The notes under the pieces: generated by a model
What the model was told of the DNA's origin: nothing
Databases searched by the model: none
What the model saw: the letters and a program-made list of their open reading frames with translations, nothing else
Shown here: positions 52,346 to 64,000 of the stretch, piece after piece
How the letters are laid out: each line of letters begins with the position of its first letter
How positions within the stretch are numbered: position 1 is the stretch's first letter
Origin: Flaccisagitta enflata
Taxonomy: Eukaryota
Length of the DNA stretch: 64,000 bases
Assembly: GCA_965153355.1 (NCBI GenBank)
Contig: OZ231126.1
Span: 46,066,001-46,130,000 of the forward strand
Direction of reading: 5' to 3'
Program-made: the position numbers and the translations under genes

Positions 52346-54356
52346 CTTGTTATCCATAATTCAGACTACAATACTTGAATGAACCCTCACAGTTTGGCTA
52401 GATTTAGGCCTCCAGGCTGGAATTTGGGCCTCGAGACTGGGATTTTGGCCTCGAGACTCGAATTTAGGCCTCGAGACTGGGATTGGAGGGGGGGGGACGA
52501 AGAAGAAGATGGAGGAGGAGAAGGAGAAAATCCCCAATATATATGAAAGCATAGGTCATCGACCCCTTCGGGGCCGCTGCCCAAAAGGGTGAGGGTGCAT
52601 GAGGGATACTATGAGGGGTCTGAGGGCTGAGGGAAAATTGGTAGGCTGAATTGAGACCTGAGAGGTCGGATTCTAGGCTTGAAACGGCAAATTGGAGGCC
52701 TCATAGGGCCTATTTCAGTCCACAGAGGGCTGATTGCAAGCCTGGGAGGGCTGATTTGAGGCCCTACAGGGTGTTTCACGCGTTTTGAGGTATTTTAAAA
52801 CGACATATCTCTGCTTTTAGTAACTTTTTCCATCTTCTTAAAAAAGATCTAGAAAGGTCATGATCTGCAGATGTCTCTTGTAAAATCTCATGATATTGCG
52901 ATAATTTTTGAAACAACCATATGGCTTTGTAGTCTGTATGTGATTTCAGAGTGCCTGTCATTTTTTCACAAAATTTGTTGAATGACACAAAACTTAATCA
53001 CCAAAAATCTGTTATCATTAGCTACAGAGCCTGGCTTTATTCATTTTAAAGCTTTAATCATGTAGTTTTTAGTCGTGTGCTTCGCGACTCTTTAACCCGC
53101 TTTGTCTGTCCATTCGTCGGTTGGTTGGTCCCCATTTTTTTGCGTTTTGAGCGTTTTGAGCTCACTGCTCCTGCTCATATTCCTCAGTGACCTATTCTAT
53201 CACTGCCCTGCTCACCCGCACGCGACAAAAGTAGCCGTGTATCCGGCCTTGTTAAAACGTTAAAAGCAAAATGTAAAAATATCAAAAATGAATAGTTTAG
53301 CACTATTGATAAACAAGTGACGCGGTCACGCGGGGTCACTATTGTTGCAGATGGCTGGGCGGGGGCATCCAACCCCCAACCTTACCCCAACCCACCCCAA
53401 CCCACCCCGAACATTCAAACATACGCAAAAAACATTGAAAATGCCACACTCGATCACCTCTACTGACCAACCAAATGACCGATGGACGAACAAAGCCTCT
53501 TATAAAGTTGCGTGTCCAGAACTAAAAGAGCGGAAAAAGCAGAGTCTGAAATCATTATTCTACTTCAAATTTACATGCTCGCTTTAAAAATTATTGCAAT
53601 ATAATGAGATTATACATGTGAAATCTGCAGATCATGATCTTTCTAGATCTTTTTTCAGAAGTTAAAAAAAGTTACTAGAAGCAGAGATATGTCGTTTTAG
53701 AATACCTCAAAACGCGTGAAACACCCTGTAGAGGGTTAAATTTGGGCTCCAGAGAGCTGATTTTAAGCCCAAGGGATGATTTTGTGTCTGAGCGAGTTGA
53801 TTTTGGCCTCTTAGCACTGATTATAGGCCTGAAAGAGTCAGATTAGGGCCTTGAAGGTCTCGGGGTATGGACGGATGGATGAATGGATAGGTGGATGGAC
53901 GAACGTAAGGAAATTCACACCTTTTGGACATCAGCCCTTAGGGTTCGCTGCACAAAACGAGAACAACGAAAATTCGGCATTCTCCGCGGCTGTTCTTCGA
54001 CTTTGCTGCTAAAATCAGCATGTCGGCAAAGGGGCGGCAGCGGATCAACCGCGGGTCACCGGCGATTGATCAGAAAATCACCCGCTTGTCACCAATCGTG
54101 AGGTGGAGAAAAACAAAGCGAAGAAAACTCGCGAGCACCGCTTTAAAAAATCTGATAATCCTGACAATAATCATGCTTTATCAGTAATAACGACATCATC
54201 ATGCATAGGGAATTATGCATTGCCGATATAATCGTTGATGATGTCCCTTTATCTACGACCATTGAAAAAAGTAAGCATCATCGACCATAATAACAACGAC
54301 GATTACCATGGCTTCGATGGTGCGACATGACAACAATAACCAGTGTAACAACAACG

Positions 54357-54444
<88 letters not shown>

Positions 54445-54777
54445 CCTCAAGAACTACAACTAAATTGATTACAATAACAACCACAACCACAACCACTACA
54501 GCCAAAACCAAAACAACCAAAACCCAACAACCAAACATCACCGCAGCTCCCATTCCTTTAGCAATTGTTCACTTTGACTTCACGAGTCATCATTACCATA
54601 AGTCCATTATTGATCATTCAGTTATAGTCTCGCTCATAACCATCATACAAAAAAGGTGTTAACCACTCATTCGATGAGAATCGGAGAAGAATAGAAGGCG
54701 AGAAAACAACGCTGAAAACACAATCGAGGGCCCCTTTTAACAAGACCCATGCGTGCGCCTCATTTATGGAGTGAAAA

Positions 54778-54854
<77 letters not shown>

Positions 54855-55116
54855 TCGATCTCGCTCTCTATGTGTCTTCGTTTCTCTTACTGTTTCCCCT
54901 CTGACTCTCTGTCTCATTCTCTCTTTCTCTTGAACTCGAAAAGGTCCTCCGAGGCCCGTTTTCCCAGTTGAGCAATGAGCTTTGTTCCATCTTTCGGATT
55001 TCCGCGCTCTCTTTCAAATCCCTGAACCGACCCAATCTCTCCTTTGTAACGCGTCACACCAAAATTCCTCATTACACACATGACGAACGAAAGCCAGTGT
55101 GGATCGCACTGAATTT

Positions 55117-55204
<88 letters not shown>

Positions 55205-55345
55205 TCGTCAGCTTTCTGTTTGACTTCATATATTCCTCATGCAGTTTTTGCTGCCGAATCGTAAAGATTGTTTTCGTGTGAGATTATGTGTGTGTTTGAA
55301 TGTGAGTGCGCGTTAACGGTGCTGCGGATGAACAACACTGAAAAG
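52346..55345 (-). repeat. Right copy of ~3-kb inverted segmental duplication
   Basis: Reverse complement of 9469-12434; differs by scattered SNPs, microsatellite lengths and a short indel near 54762-54782. Confidence 0.95.
52767..53728. mobile_element. Tc1/mariner-type MITE (copy inside the duplicated segment)
   Basis: Same TIRs and TA flanks as 11051-12011. Confidence 0.85.
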
Positions 55346-55560
55346 CAGGAGTAAGCAAGAGGCAGAGACAGAGACAGAAGACGTGAAGAGATATGTCACA
55401 CATCAATAACCAACTGAGAGTGTCTCAGTGTCGATAAATGATGATGATGAGGATCATGGCAAAGACAAGGAAGATGATGAAGATGAAGATGACGATGATC
55501 ACGACGACGATGATGATTAAGAAGATGATTAATGAGTGGAAAATGTAGGAGAAAGTAAAT

Positions 55561-55662
<102 letters not shown>

Positions 55663-55716
55663 GACTCAGGGACACAGAGACTTTAAGGAAGGTAAACACT
55701 GGACCTACAGGATGGC

Positions 55717-55751
<35 letters not shown>

Positions 55752-55785
55752 TATATCCTGACAGACAAAAGAGAGAGAAATAATA

Positions 55786-55873
<88 letters not shown>

Positions 55874-56614
55874 AAGCAAATGACTCGTTCCTTTCGAATC
55901 ATATATTCAGTACTAACATTGATTAACGATGAAGGGGAAAAACGAGTGTTTGGTGGTTTTGGCTTTCATGCCCAGATTTATTTTTGAGTTAAAGACTTTT
56001 TCTCCACAACCTCGAGGCCAAGCTGGCAAAGACCGGAGCAGAGGATAATAACCTTGAATGGCTTCGTCTCAAACAAAATGAAACGATTTTTTTTCTCCCT
56101 ATCGTTCCAGTGTGCAGGAATGAATGAATAGATGAATATTTACGAAGACATTCAGAAATTACAAATGCAAGTGATTGTAAAAACCCGCTCCGAGGGATAA
56201 CCGATGGAAGCCGTATTTGACTTTTTCCCATAAGGATCTATGCGGTTAAATTTCACTGATTACCTATCCGTGATTTACTCCCCCCCCCCCCGTATCATAT
56301 TCCTTCACTCGTGAAACACGTGAAACTATTGTCCAGTCCTCAATCATCACCGCCCTTCCCACCCGCGTGCTCGACTTGGTAGGTCCAGTCTCCACTGGAG
56401 ACTCTCCAGTATATCTGGCCAAGAGTTCATGTTCATGACGAACTAACAACGTTTTCCTAATTGAGGAGACTCGGTAAAGGTAATCGTCAGGCGTGTTTTT
56501 GCAGAAAACAGGATATCATTCAAAACAGTAAATGATTGGATTAACATCAGTGAACAGTGCTGTTTGCAAGCATATTTATTGAAATATACGGGTGTCAATT
56601 CAGAAAAAAAATTC

Positions 56615-56742
<128 letters not shown>

Positions 56743-57373
56743 CAGTCGCAAACAAAACATAAACTGAAAAGTGAGATAAAACTTATCGAAATCTGTGTGC
56801 CGTTTATTTCTCTGCACTGAGCTGTGACTCACATTCTCTATCTCAAGCCCTTACTAGGGCAGACCCGTACATTCTGTTTTCCTTCCGAGTAGCAGGATTT
56901 GCCCACTCAAACCTTCCGACTTATCTATATCCATAACCTTTTCTATGACTATTACTGTTTGCGGAATATAAAAACTTAAGCCATTCTTTTTTGTCACATC
57001 AAAAAGGTGTACACGTTGCAGTGTAATACTGAATAGCAATATCACATCAACTTTTTTCTTCATCCAATCTCTCTATCTTTTTATTTGTTTTTTTCTTCTT
57101 CTTCGTCTTCGCTTTTTCTTCTTTGCTTTTTCTCTTTTTTTTTCTTTTTTTTTTGCTTATTTTTACTTCTTTTATGTTTCCTCTTTTCTTCCCCTTCTTC
57201 TTCTTCTTCTTCTTCTTCTTCTTCTTCTTCTTCTTCTTCTTCTTCTTCTTCTTCTTCTTCTTTCAAAAATTTCCGAGATCCCTCCTTATCTTCCGAGTAG
57301 CGGCGCTACTCGCTACTACAGAATGTACAGGTCTGTACTAGGGTCCCTAGTTGGACTACCTTTTCTCTCAAAA

Positions 57374-63639
<6,266 letters not shown>

Positions 63640-64000
63640 ATCAATTCCCCGGTTTGTTGTGTTCGGGAGTTTTTTTTTCTCGAGAAAACATGCATTCAAT
63701 CAAAGCAAAAAAGAGAGTATAGAATAATGTCATCATCGACAACACATAAGGCATGACAGGGGTCGGTTTTTAGATGCGTCCGTCAGGAACGCATCTCTAT
63801 AAGAGGGTCCGTCCGTCCGTCCGTCCGTCCGTCCGTCCGTCGGTCGGTCGGTCGGTCCGTTACGCCTGTGCAAAAACCGCGTTTCTCGGCTGTTTTTGGC
63901 CACGGTGAGATCCTACATTGAAACAATTGATCAACCAACATGTTTTGAGAGTCTTTTCACCCGTCTTTTCGTCCATCTGTCTCTCCATACATATGTCACA

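Overview
Repeat-rich animal (invertebrate-like) nuclear DNA with spliceosomal introns, long microsatellites and dense non-autonomous transposons. The main structure is a large inverted arrangement. A BEL/Pao LTR retrotransposon on the minus strand (12435-23894, 5-bp TSD ACAAG, apparent TA...TA termini, 5' LTR split by a nested hAT-like element and a LINE fragment) faces a second, chimeric BEL/Pao copy on the plus strand (44528-52345). About 3 kb of flanking DNA is duplicated in inverted orientation outside both copies (9469-12434 and 52346-55345). Between them lie an intron-retaining BRD8-bromodomain plus C2H2 zinc-finger pseudogene bracketed by 108-bp direct repeats, a 2-exon gene for a 4-TM protein, a 55-bp minisatellite and a 2.8-kb GTTAATTAAC-rich foldback palindrome. 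The right end holds a 6-exon gene (57374-63639) for an uncharacterised protein with HxD...H...R motifs suggestive of a 2OG-Fe(II) dioxygenase. Its first intron is GC-AG and consists mostly of complementary (GAT)n/(ATC)n repeats. Clustered small indels in the BEL copies suggest consensus errors, so the large rearrangement needs read-level confirmation. All family assignments are by eye, without database searches.
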